In this document: piece by piece, positions 51,376 to 64,000 of the stretch
Layout: the number at the start of each line of letters is the position of its first letter
Numbering within the stretch: position 1 is the first letter of the stretch
Source: Centroscyllium fabricii
Taxonomy: Eukaryota
Assembly (NCBI GenBank): GCA_051313645.2
Contig: JBNRSN020000010.1
Span: forward strand, 9,362,001 to 9,426,000
Reading direction: 5' to 3'
DNA: 64,000 nucleotides
Made by a program: the position numbers and the translations under genes
The notes under the pieces: generated by a model
Databases searched by the model: none
Seen by the model: the letters and a program-made list of their open reading frames with translations, nothing else
What the model was told of the DNA's origin: nothing

Positions 51376-52429
51376 TCAGTGTCTGGATTTCAATCACGTT
51401 CGCAATCCAACCACTGGCAATTGTTCTTCTCCGCTGAGAACTTGTTCCCATTCCTTGCCATCCCTCGGAAATTGAGATGAGATCAGCGATGAACAATTTC
51501 TAACTGTTTCGAAGTTGCTGGCATTATTCAAATGTCATTTGGAACGATGTATAATCGCATAATAAGATGTTAATTACCAAAGTGTACTTCTGACCGTCTA
51601 CAAATGTTCAGACAAATAAAGGATACTGAATATCAGTTGTATTTTATCTGAATTTCGAGCAGTATCGTTACTGATAACTTGCAACAATTCTAATAGTCAA
51701 TAACTTTATGAAGCTTCACACACATGTTTACATACTTTTAATATTTTGTTTGGGAGAATAATTGAGACAGATTATCAACAATAGTACTCATGCTACTTTT
51801 ATTGACCGAAGAAACAAGCCCAGAGTCAATCATTGTCCTGAGAGAGAGACACCAATCAGTGTACAATTGCGATGTTAAGACAGTATCTTGGACAAAATAG
51901 GTCAACGTTCACATCGATGAGCCGACTTCCGTGTGCTTCCCACATTCGAACTCCAGTCACGTGACAAGAGCTTGCTTTATTTGCCAATGAGCAAAGTGTC
52001 CGAAAGAGAGACCCGCGCCTGCATCATTCACAGCAAACTTCAGTGAAAGTTACCAATATCGGCGATCGGAAGACCGTTGATTGTTTTGACACCGCATAAA
52101 TAGTTTTTCATGATTTTAAAGTGACGCCTCCGATACCAGTATCTGCAGTGTAAGGTGAATTCCTCTGTTGCCCATAAATCCGACTCTAATCCTGAACATG
52201 GTCATTGTTATATTTGATCCTTAAATTTGACATTATCTGAATTTTCAGTAATAGGTTATGTTTACTCAACGAAATACTAAAGCAAAAATGAAACTAAATG
52301 CATGAAATACACGTTAGACAAGAACTCACCCATTATTCAAATTTCCAGAAAGAAGGACGTTCTGCAATCGGAAAGGAATTGAAATTGGTCTTTCGTTGCA
52401 TAAAAGCTTTCGGTTGACGTGATTCTTTC

Positions 52430-53666
52430 AATTCAGAACAGAAACCGTGTCCAGGGAGATTTCAGCGCCCTCTTCGTCTCTTCTCTGAAGTTTCTCTGGG
52501 GCACTGGCTACATTAATGGCTGTTGAAGGACACTCAAAAACTTCAGCATTGCTACGGTTTCAGTGGCGATATGTCCATGATCTGTGCGGTCGCCCCGGTA
52601 ATAAGTGGGGTTTGTCAGTCTTGTCGTTCTCAAAGTCTAGTCAGCTGTCAGCCACAGCAATATAAAACTGCCCGACACAGTGAGGAGTAAAATAATGGAG
52701 TTCCTTCGGTCCTCTTTCTCTTTATCGCTCTGCTGCTCAATCCTTTGGTCCCGGAGTAACCCCCAGGTCCTGCTGGCCACTAAAACGCGTTTGACTAATA
52801 AATATTTTAATTCTTGAAAGGAAGCCACACTGCACTAAGTTAACGTTTTGTTCAGGTTTAAATGCAAAGCAAACAGGAAAGTTCTTCAAAAGGCTCAGGA
52901 CAGCAACGTTGTTATAACCGCGGAAGTGCTTTTCTACTTCTGGCTGCAGATATCCACAAACCGATCAAAGGTGAAGGAGACCGTGGACCAAACAGACAAA
53001 TCGAGTTTGACAACAGTGACATATTGAATTAACTTACAGACGGGAGTGTGATAAAGGAATGGAAGTGGAAATTGATTCCTGAAAATATAATACTCGATTA
53101 TATTGATGATCATGATCATTAGACCCTCTGTTGCCATGGCCACCATGTAGACAGAGATAAAGCTGAAAAGGCCGCAGTTACGTCTGGAGAGAATCAGCAT
53201 TGTCATCAAGTTCGCTGCAAGAATGGGAGAGGAGAGACATACTGTTCCATTGTCTGATTGAAATACATATTGAGCTAACTGTGGAGAGAATTCTACTCCA
53301 TTCAGTGTGATTATCAACACGGAGCACTGTGAGAACAGGATTAGTATAGCAGCCATTTCCAGGAAACCACCCACACATGTTAATGAGCTGCTGCAGCGCT
53401 CACTCTGCACGGGGGCACGTGACCCAGAAATCCGCTACAATTCTCGTGTTGGAGCTTCCAAGAACACTCGTTTCACGAGTTGCTTCCAGTCACGGCAGAC
53501 TGTTTAGTGCTGACATCTGGAAAACACTTGACATTATCCGAAACGCTGTATGTACATGAATACAGCTAATCCCGACGCAGAGGATACAATGACTCGCTGG
53601 GGACGCCGATGTCTGCGAGAATAGGGTAGTAAAACAATTTTATTAGCAGAATAGTTGTTGACCCAT
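52430..53666 (-). pseudogene. GPR139-like GPCR copy 3, pseudogene (exon 1 53598-53666, exon 2 from 53214)
   Basis: 1-nt deletion in exon 1 giving TAA at codon 8; donor changed to GC; in-frame TAG at 52934 and 52637; TM5 region deleted near 52830. Confidence 0.9.
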
Positions 53667-53742
53667 TCTCGGTGAGAACGGCATTAATTCTGTAGGAGGT
53701 GAAAGACTCTGACGGGCGCACAGCTGAGGCAATGGCGGGAAC

Positions 53743-53792
53743 CTATATTTATCCACACATCAGTTCGTCAGTTGAAATCATAATTAGCATTA
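53743..53792 (-). promoter_or_regulatory. Relict promoter of GPCR copy 3
   Basis: GATAAATATAG and TAATGCTAATTA retained; TGATTGAC segment deleted. Confidence 0.45.
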
Positions 53793-54784
53793 GTTACGGT
53801 CAGGTAACACATTTACTCAGGCAAATTAATCGTTTTCATGATTCATCAGATTAAAAGCAACAGTCGAAATTTATATTACAAAGAGTAATTTAAAAAATGC
53901 AGTATTAGACTTTCTTTACAAATAGAGAATTCAATCTGCCCTTCCTGCTGTCTCCCCTGTTACTCCAGCAGCTGTGGATGCAGCTCCCCTCGCAATACAC
54001 GCCCTGACCCTATCCATGACTCAGTCCTTTTGCTCCAACCTTCAACAAGAGGGGATAAAATAGGTTCACAGAAACACAGAAAATAAGAGCAGGAGTAGTC
54101 CATTCGGCCCCTCCAGCAGGCTCCTCCATTTGGATGAGATCATGGCTGATTCTCCAAACCTAAAATCACAATCCGATCTACTCCCCATATCCGCAAACAC
54201 CACCAACACTAAGTACAATATCTCACTGACATACCTGTGGGTAATTATTTTTTTGTAAATATCTAGTTCACCTAACCTGCATGTTGCTTTGGTCGTTGTA
54301 GAAGACCTACAATTACATTAAAGTGACAGTGCTTTTCATGTACTTGTGGAAGCCCTGCGCTTAAATTCGATGTGCCCTCGATTCTGCGTTACTTTTGGCA
54401 CCCAACACTTAAACTGAAGATGACAGTGGTCCTCCTGTACCAGCGGAAGCTATGCACTTAAAGTCGAGGTCACCGTGCTTCTCCATTAAATTTGGTATCC
54501 CTACACGTTCACTAGTGGTGAGCGTGCTCACCCTGTACTGGTGGACGTCTTTCACTTATACTCGAGTTGACCGTGCTTCTCCTGTAATAGTGGTAAGCCT
54601 ATACATATATTCGTGTTGACGTTACTGCTGCATGTCTAGTGGTACCGCTGTACTTACACTAGCGGTGACAGTGACCATTCGGGACCAGTGAAACACTGAA
54701 CTATTCTAGATCTGATAGTCTCACTCTCTCTGTCTCGCTTCGGCAGTCACTCGGAATCGAGGATGAAATGCTTCCACATTAAAA

Positions 54785-56830
54785 ATAGAAACATAGAAGA
54801 TAGGAGCTGGAGTAGTCCATTCGGCCCTTCGGCCCTTCGAGCATTCTCCGCCATTCAATTAGATCATGACTGATCGTTCAGCTTAATTACCATGTCCCTG
54901 TTGTCTCCCCATATCCCTTGATCCCCTTCAGCCTCAAAAAATATATCCAAATCCTTCTTGAATATATTAAATGAACCAGCCTCCAGCGCCCTCTATGGCA
55001 CAGAATTCCACAGGTTCACCACTCCCTGGGTGAAGAAATTCCCCCTCATCTCTGTCCTAAATTGCTTCCCCCTAATTATTAGACTATGGCCACAGCTTCT
55101 GGACAACCCGACCATCGGGAACATCCTTCCAGCCTCCAGTCTATCCATGCCTGACAGTATTTTATATGCTTCGGTGAGGTTCTCTATCTGTCGTTGTACT
55201 TCCATGGAAAGAACGTCCTTCCTAGCTGAGGGGAACAAAACTGCACACAATACTCGAGGTGTGGTCTGACCAAGGTCCTTTTCAGCTGCAGCAAGTCATC
55301 CTTGTTCTTATATTCGAACCCTCCTGCGACGAAGGCCAACATACAATTTGCCTTTTTCACCGCCTGTTGCACCTCCATGACTACCTTCAGTAATTGGTGC
55401 ACAAGAACACCCAGGTATCTTTGCACTTCCCCATCTCCCAGTGTATTGCAATTCAAATAATAATCTGCCCTCCTGTTTTTGTCACCAAAGTGGATAGCCT
55501 AGCATTTATCCACATTAGAGTGCATTTGCCATGTATCTGCCCAATCGCCCAACCTTTCCAAATCGCATTGTAGTTCCTCGACATCCTACTTTGCATACCC
55601 TTCTGCCCAGCTTTGTGTCGTCTGCAAATTTGGAGATATTATATCCAATTCCGTCGTCCAGATCATTTCTATATATTGTGAACAGCTGCGGTCCTAGGAT
55701 TAATCCTTGCGGTAACCCACGAGTCACTGCCTGCCACTCGGAAAACGATCCGTTTATTCCATCTCTGTTTTCTATCTGCCAACCAGTTCTCTATCCAAGT
55801 GAATACATTGCCCCCAATCACATGAGGCTTAATTTTGCACGTTAATCTTTTATGAGGGACATAGAAACATAGAAACATAGAAGATAGGAGCAGGAGTAGG
55901 ACATTCGGCCCTTCTTGCCTGCTCCGCCATTCAACGAGATCATAGCTGATCATCCAAACCCAGCACCCTGGCCCTGCCTTACCCCATATCCCTCGATCCC
56001 TATGGAGCGTGCACCGACACATATCTCACCCTATCCCTGGACCTTATTGAAAGCTTTCTGAAAGTCCAAATACACCACGTCTACTGGTTCTCCCCTATCT
56101 ATTTTAGCAGTTACATCCTCAAAAATTTCCAGTAGATTAATCAATCATGAATTACCTTTTGTAAATCCATGTTGACTGTGTCTGGTTCCGTCACAGTTTT
56201 ATAAGTGTACAGATATTAATATTTTAATAATGGAGTCTGGCATTTTTCCCACTATCGATGTCAGGCTTACTGGTCTATAATTCCCCGCTTGTTCTCTACC
56301 CGTTTTTTTGAATAATGGGGTAACGTTAGCCACCCTCTAATCTAAGGGTACTGTTGCAGAGTCTGTCGTGTTCTGCAAGATGATAAGCAGGGCATCTGCT
56401 ATCTCCAGAGCCACTTCCTTACGTTCCCTAGATGTTGATTATCGGGCCCTGAGGACTTGTCGGCCTTAAATCCCTTCAAAATCCCCAACACCTTATCCCT
56501 ACAAATATGAATTCTAAACGTTCCTCACTATCATTAGTCCCTATGTTTACCGACATCTCTGGGAGGTTATTTATGCCCTATTTTGTTAAGACAGAACCAA
56601 AATATGTATTTAATTGGTCTGCCATTGCCAAGTTACCCATGATCTATTCCCTTGATTCGGACTGCAACGGACCAACGTTTGATTTCACGAATCTTTTCCT
56701 CTTAATAATTCTATAAAAGATTTTGCAGTCAGTTTGTATGCTCGCTGCAAGCTTACTTTCATGATCCAGTTTCCCCAAATTATTACATTTTTGTCCTCCT
56801 TTGCTATATGTTAAACTGCCCCCAATACTC
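54785..56830 (-). mobile_element. CR1 LINE, moderately degraded
   Basis: ORFs 54993-55727 (GLPQGLILGP, FADD, RPHLEYCVQF). Confidence 0.9.
55858..56035 (-). mobile_element. 3' half of an HE1-type SINE inserted in the CR1
   Basis: Matches 10748-10925. Confidence 0.8.
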
Positions 56831-59121
56831 AGGTCAAAATTATTTCGCAGGTGACTGATGAGTACAATGTGGGCCCTGCAGTCTCTGTCTCAGGTGAGGC
56901 AGACAGTGCTTGAAGAGTTGGGTGGGTTCGGTGCTTGGGTTGCTGTGCACTCATTGCGGTACCTGCGCTTGGCTTCCACTTGCACCAGGCGAAGAGCATC
57001 GATGTGTCCGGCGCCTGCGACACTACTCTTTCTGTAACAGTGGTACCCTACACTTGCACTGATAATTACAGTGCTCTTCTGCTATTAGGGACATTCACAT
57101 TAGAGCAGACAGTCCTCCTCCATTACTAGAAGTAACCCAACACTTACACTACATGGGAACATGGTTCCCCAGTACTTGTGTGTCCCGTCACTTACACCAG
57201 CAATGAGCCTGCTTCAATGCCACTGGTAGTACCCCTACACATATACTGGATGTGACCGTGTTTCCTGTTACCAGTATTACTACAGTTTAAACAGAAGTGA
57301 AATTGGCTTTTCTCTGATTTATCTGATTCTATTCCTGTTCGAGAGCTCGCGCTTTTTGCCCTGTCGGAAAGCCATCTACAGCACTGCTGGCGACAACACC
57401 AATTTTTAAGTGCGGATTTTATACGTGTTTCTGGGACAGAATTTATGCGCTGTTTTGCAGCAACAGTGGTATAGGCACTGAGGAAAACAACAAAGAATAC
57501 AAGAACATACGCAATTATGATTGTCCTAGATAGAGTGGATAGGAAGGTCTTATATCAATTAACACAACGTTCAATACCCAGGGGGAATAGATTTACAGTC
57601 TGTAAAGGATTAGTGGGTAGCTGATGATAACCTTTTTCACCAAAACGAAATTGCGATTCTTGAACTCACTGTCTGAAATGATGTAAGCACACTTGTCACA
57701 TTCGAATGGTACTTGGAAACTTTAAGTGCCGTACTCTGCAACATTACAGGCCAGCAGCTGTACCGTGGTGGTAGGCAGGCTGGCTCTTTCTCGGCCGGTA
57801 CAGACACGATGCCTGGAATTGCCTCCTTCTGTGCCATAAACCTCTATGGTTCTAGAATTATATTCTGCCCTTCGAGCCTGCTCCGCCATTCAACAAGGTG
57901 AGGGTTGATCTTAGCCTTTAACTCCAGCTTCCCGCTCTATCAGCCAATGGCTTGGTCGCCTGAGTATCCAAAACATTATCACTGTCACCCTTGAATATAA
58001 TCAAATTCTGACCATCCACAGACTTCTAGGATATCAATTCCAAACATGCACATTGCTATTAGTGAAGACATTTCTCCTCATGTCAGTTCAAATGGCTGAC
58101 TCTATATCGTGTAATTATGACCACGTGTTCCAGTCACTCCAGCCAGGGGAAGCAACTCCAGCATTCACCATGTCAAGTCCCTTACGAATTGTATACGTTT
58201 CAATGAGAACTCATCTCATTCTTCCATATTCTAGAGATTATAGGTACATTCTAATCAGTCTCTCATGATAGGACCGTCCCCTCATCCCAGTAATCATTCT
58301 ATGGAACCTGCGTTGCACTGACTCTAAGTGAAGAGTATCCTTCCTTAGGTAAGTAGACACACACTTTGCACAGTTATCCAGGTGTGGTGTCGCCAAGACC
58401 CTGTAACATTGCAGTAAACTTCACTTATCCTTTTCTCCAATCCGTTTGTAATGTAGCTCAGAAACCAGTTGCTTTTCTAATTGCTTCCCTGACTTAAATG
58501 TTTACTTAAAGTGATGATTTTACAATAACACCCCTCTGAAGAACAACATTAACCAATCTCTCACCATTTATGAAAGTATTCTGCTTTTCTATTTTTATTA
58601 CCACATTGGATAACTTCACATTTCTACACAATGCTTTCCAGCTGCCATGATCTTTCACACTCATGTAACCTGTCAATATTTATTTGAAGCATCTTTGCTT
58701 CCTCCTCACGACTTACCTTCCCACCTAGCATTGTATCGTCAACAAACTTGGATATATCATGCTCCTCCCCTCATCTAAGCCTTCGATATAGATTGTAAAT
58801 AGCTGCAGCCCAAGCACTGATCCTTGCAGTATACAATAATGCATAGCTTGTCAAACTGAATATGACACATGAATTCCCACACCCTGCTTTATGTCTAATT
58901 AGCAATCCTCAACCAATGCTAATATATTACCCGCAAATCTTATCTTGCATAGAAAACTTTTATTTCACAATTTAGAGAATGCCTTTTGGAAATCCAAAAA
59001 TATACTACATGTAATGTTTCCCCCTCATATGCCTTGCTAGTTTCAAACACAAAAAGCTCTATTAGGTTTGTCAATCGTCTTCACTTTCATTAATCCGCGC
59101 TGACACTGCCCAATCATAATT

Positions 59122-59965
59122 GGGCCAGAAATTCGGGTACCTAAAGCAGATGCCCACGGCGCTGCCCACGAAAAATGCCCACGGATCCGAGATGCCCACG
59201 GATCCAAAACTTCCGATGCTGAGGGAAAAGGGCCCTCAGCATGATGCCCAGGAATGAGTTGCACCCAAAACTTCCGAATCAAAAAGGGTCAAAAAGGGGC
59301 ATTTTTTTCAGTGATACTGTGGGCAACGGAGCCCACAGATGCACTTGAAAAAAGCTGGAGTAACTCGTTGGTGAGGTAGAGAGAAACATTCTTAAGCAAG
59401 GTAAGTTATTTTTTTTACTTTAATTTAATTTTTTTACAGTTTTTTGGAGTAGTGTGGCCAGATCGGTAACGTAAAATTTTTAAGTTAAAGTTTTTTTTTT
59501 AAATTAACAAATCCGTTTTTAAGTTAATTTACCTGGTTGAAATCGATAATTTTTAAAGTAAAATTTGTGAAATTTTTAAATCTCTAGCTAATTTAAAAAT
59601 TTTAAAAATGTACTGGGAAAAAATGGCTTTTCTTACGTGCCGTTTCTTCCTCTGAGCTGCTGCTGTGCCCCGCGCTGCTCCCCGCGAGTTTGTTGTGCAG
59701 CTCCAGGCTTACCTGCTCTCACTAAGGTCCGACTCGGGATCTCGGCATTTAAATTAGAGATCTGATGGGCGTTTTCTATTTAAATTTGGGATCTGTGGGC
59801 GGGGCTTACACTTCGCACGTAACGTGGCTGGACTGCCACGTTGCGAACGAAGGGGGCGGAGCCAATCGCAAGTTTTGAGAAAAAAAACTCCGATGTTGCT
59901 GGGCTTCGTAAGTGCTCCGCATGGTCCTAGTTGCACACCAACCGGCAAACCCGAATTTCTGGCCC
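59122..59965. mobile_element. Complete PIF/Harbinger-type MITE
   Basis: Perfect TIRs gggccagaaattcgggt / acccgaatttctggccc; flanks ATT / AAT. Confidence 0.9.
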
Positions 59966-59968
59966 AAT

Positions 59969-60725
59969 GACCTGCAATTCATGACCTAACGAGTGAGTAC
60001 GCGCAGGTTAATCACCCGTAGGACAAACGAAAGTGCTGGTTTCGTGTATGCACTGCGGGTGCGCGGGAAACCGGAACTTCCGTTGCCCTAAAAGAAGGGG
60101 CTGATAGGTCGAATGCATGCGTGGAGAGGCAGCGCGTGCGCATCGAACTTACATTCTTTTTTGCAGCTTTCTCCTTGAGCGCAAGTCTCCAGGAGTTACA
60201 TATGAAAAATCAAGTGCAATGCTTGCTTCTCACAAGGTAAGCGGTGAATTTATTAAAAGTCACATATTTTTGCCAGTTATATTTTCTTCAAATATTCAAA
60301 ATAAAGGCAAATTTGTTGTTTAGCCCATTTAGAAGATGTAATTAATGTATTCAAAATTATATATTATTATTTAAAATAGTTATTTCATGTAATTTACAGT
60401 TATTTAAAATATTTGATTTAAAAATATATATTTGTAATTTTAATTACTTTTTGGGGCTTATAATATAGCTCGGTTTGATAGCTCTTCCTGTCAAACTTCA
60501 AGGTGAACCAGTCCCAGCTACCATTGTCTCTCCATTGTCCACATGATCCCAGGGATGAATCGAACTTACGGAGCCCCTTGCATATGTAAGCATATTGCAC
60601 CGGCATTTGGAGGCGGCCCAGGATCAGAATAGCACGCGGGCCCACAGCTCAATAGCCGGCGCACAATGTGAGTGCAGGTCACAGTCTAGCACCCGCGGGA
60701 AAGCTCCGGTCCGAATTCATGGGCC
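59969..60725. mobile_element. Older related MITE directly adjacent to the previous one
   Basis: Ends gaattcatgggcc|att; degenerate left TIR gacctgcaattc. Confidence 0.6.
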
Positions 60726-61594
60726 ATTATGATTTCCTGAGTGTCAAGTTACCATGTCCTAAATTAATAGATTAACTTTATTTGCATTACCTCTACTATT
60801 GATGTCAGTCTTGACTGGTCTGTACTGCCCAATTTTCCCTCTTCCTCCTTTCTGGAATATCGCGGTATTTTTGACACTTTCCAATGAGCAGTAAATCTAG
60901 GAATTTCTGGAAGACCAAACCCAATGCATCCACTATATCTTTAGGCAGCTCATTTAACGACGTAGGTTGTCGGCCAGCAATTTCAAGGGATTATTCAGCC
61001 TTTAATCGCACTAATTTCTCCACTATCCTTCATTACAAAAAATAATTTCTTTAAGTTTCTCAACCCAACTAGATCAGTATATCTCTACTATATCCAGAAT
61101 GTTTGTAATGTCCTCCTTGGTGAGGACAGACATACATTTTTGATTAATGCCACTGCGATTTGCTGATTCCCCGTTATAATTTATCCTCTCTCTGTCTGTA
61201 ATGGACCTTAATTGGATCTTGGAAAGGCCGCCAACGGAAGGCATGTAAAAAAAGTTTGTGATTGGCTGAAGTTGCAGTCAGCTGGTACAGGATTACGACC
61301 TGGGCTCACCTTGATTCCTTTGCATCCCTCCCTTCCCAAAGGTCTGTATCGCTGTCCACGCCAGCCCAATTTGCCTGTGGTTCGACCAATGAGCAGCATC
61401 AGACAATTGGCGTCTGAAGCTGGCAGTTTGTATGTGGAGAACGCGTGAAGCCCAATTTTCAGTGAGCTTCTGGCGGATGTCTTTGAGCGTATGTTCGGCT
61501 CGGCGATAATTTCCAGAATTAGACTTAATTCTCCTCCAGATTAGGCCAATTGTATGAAAGTCGGACATAGTATTGAAGGACGGATGACGCATTT

Positions 61595-62180
61595 ATCATC
61601 AACAACAACAACCTGCATTTATATAGCGCCTTTAACGCAGTAACATGATCTAAACCCCTAACCAGGAGAGATTGTCAAACACTATTTGATGCCGAGCAAC
61701 ATATGCGGATATTAGGATAGGCTTGGTCAATTGATTGATTTAAAGCAACGTTTTAGAGGAGGAGAGGGAGAGCGAGAGAAAAATTAATGTTTATTGACGT
61801 TTTACCAGGGCTAAGGGACTTTGCAGCTGAAGGCACGGCCACCAATGGTGCAGCGACAAAAATCGAGAATGCGCAAGAGGACAGATTTGTAGACAATGTA
61901 TGGGATTATTTTACTGCTGGAGCATTACAGAGATAGATAGGGTGATGCAGTGCATAGATTTGTGAACATTTGATCAGAATTTGAAAACGGTGGGTTTCAC
62001 GAACAGGAGTCAAAGTAATTGAACCGATTCAGGTGATGATGTGTTAACTGGACTTGGCGAGATTTAGGATGCAGGGAGCTGAAGTTTAGGGAGCAGAAGT
62101 TTACCGATGCTACAATGCGGAAGGCGGCCAGGAAAGCATTGGAATAGTCCAGACGTTATGTAACAAAAGCATGGCTGAGT
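61595..62180 (-). mobile_element. L2-like LINE 3' fragment
   Basis: caacaacaacctgcatttatatagcgcctttaac terminus typical of vertebrate L2 3' ends. Confidence 0.65.
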
Positions 62181-63014
62181 GGTTCAACTGCTGTTTGAGG
62201 CCCCTGCAGCAGGCTGAACAATTAGTCGAAATAATCAGAAATAACTGTGCTAAACTAAATTACATGTTGTGAGTCTAAAAATTACTGATGCGATTTTAGA
62301 AGATTCTATCGAAATATTTACAAATAAAACCCTCCGACACAATTCTAATGGTGATTTTGAAATTAACATCATGAATACCAGGCGACGTTCCTTGAAATGA
62401 GTGAAGTAAGCATTCCGATACCAACAATGTACAGCAAAGCATAGGAGAGAAAGGCTTGATTAATCTCTACCTTGTTTCAATGGAGAGTAAAATCGGGCGG
62501 ACTTTAATAGAGGCGGCAGACCAGAAACCGCCCGATTACTGCCCGAACGATCTGGTTAAATTACCCCTCCTGGTTTATTAACAAATACTTCCATACCAAA
62601 GTAGCGGCGCCATGGTGCTCCTTGTGAATACATTTGCAGAGTTGCTAGGAGTTTCCTACAAAATTCACCAGCACCATTCCATCTTCACAAACTGCGAGAA
62701 ACGCTCAATCATTTCCCTGAGATACATGTCTCTCAGTGAACTGGACATCACGTCATGTGATGTTAGAGGAAGAAGGTAACATGTGACATTCCCTTCTTCC
62801 GCGGATTTCTTCACCAGTTTGAAATGGAAATAACATTTTCGTATCATGCGTCTGCTGAGTGAAAGGCCTCCCCCCAGGCCTTCCACCGAGAACCAGAAAT
62901 CCACCCCAGTTCCTTACAACTCGTGACATACCCGTGATATCCGATACAGGAAATGCTCACAACACGTGTGACAGCTAATGTCTGCATTTCCTCTTCCATA
63001 GATTAGTCTGGGCC

Positions 63015-63192
63015 AAAATCCTGGAACTCCCTTCCTAAAAACATTGCGGGTGTACCTACCCCATATGGACTGCAGCTGTTCAGGAAGGTGGCTCACCACC
63101 ATCTTCTCAAGGGCAATTAGGGATGGGCACTAAATGCAGGCCTAGCCAGCCAGCGACGCCCACATCCCATCAATGAATAAAAAAATAAAAAA
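63015..63192 (+). mobile_element. Short 3' tail of the CR1/L2-group LINE family (or its partner SINE)
   Basis: Homologous to the reverse complement of 47775-47940; A-rich end; absent from the paralogous site near 15920. Confidence 0.7.
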
Positions 63193-64000
63193 AAGTCTGC
63201 TTCCGTAGCTTACTGCTAAGGCACACAGAGTAGGAATTTCTCATGTTCGCGACAGGCATAGAATTCGTTGGGAGGCCGAACGGGCGAATGAGTACAGCTC
63301 TTGAACCACTTTTAAAGTAACTCGGCAGATTGGCAACTCCTGGAATCGGGGGAACGCCGGATTTGCTCGCTGCGCACTTTTACTCCTGAGGAAGTCACCA
63401 GAGTGTATTAAGGGGCGGGATGCGGAAGATGTAAAACTGGGTTCTCACATGATATTTTCAGGTTAGTGCCCGGTCTGTTATGTTAAAATACCCCACTGCG
63501 AGCGCTGTGCGTGCGCGTGTGTGTTTGGTGGCCGGGTGTCAAGGTAATTCCCAGCTTGTATGAGAGAAATGTAGCTTCACACCACCTGATGTTCCGGCTG
63601 ATCTCCCGCCACCAACAAGTGATGAAGCTCAACAGAGGTGAAAGGTGAGGCGGAGGGAGCTGGTAGTAGGTGTTGGAAGAAAATATTATCGTTCTGGGTC
63701 AAGAAAGTTATAGCGTGTTAATATTTTATTTCCACCGTTTAATCAGCACGTGCATTACTTCACCAAAGATCAACATGGATCAACACTACAGTAAGTCCAC
63801 AGAATCAGACCAGGTTACTGTTGTATTCCAGGGTGATTCATTTTCCAATTGAAAGCGCTGTGAGACGTCGTAACTTTCGATTTTTTAAATTTATTTCTGA
63901 GCTGTTTGTTCAGGACATTCTCTTAGCTTCACACGTGTTGTGCCATAGAAAAATGACGTAATTCATGAACTTGATTTAGGCAACACTGCATCAAGTAGTC

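Larger units (their letters stand above)
54310..57290. repeat. Paralogous copy of the degenerate 49-bp array (54310-54700 and 57030-57290), split by a CR1
   Basis: agtggtac.c.tacactt units as at 7590-9560. Confidence 0.6.
57865..61208 (-). mobile_element. Old CR1 (paralogue of 10190-12325) split by two MITEs at 59122-60725
   Basis: CR1 sequence resumes at 60729 from where it stops at 59118. Confidence 0.75.

Overview
Eukaryotic, repeat-dense vertebrate DNA, almost certainly elasmobranch (shark/ray): it carries HE1-type tRNA-derived SINEs with their partner CR1 LINE tails. The only host genes are three co-oriented (minus strand) two-exon paralogues of an orphan class-A GPCR of the GPR139/GPR142-like type: two intact (6407-4962 and 37894-36456; about 85% identical in exon 2 by manual alignment) and one pseudogene (53666-52430). 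They arose by segmental duplication of a unit of more than 12 kb. All three share a 12-bp POU/homeodomain-type promoter motif, invariant CpG-containing downstream motifs and an RGD tripeptide in extracellular loop 3. The rest is CR1 and CR1/L2-group LINEs, three Gypsy LTR elements (chromoviral, gag-pro fragment, Mag-like), Penelope-like fragments with minimal hammerhead ribozymes, PIF/Harbinger-type MITEs and a Myb/SANT remnant, several minisatellites and a 176-N assembly gap. Coordinates of degraded repeats are approximate; no database searches were run.
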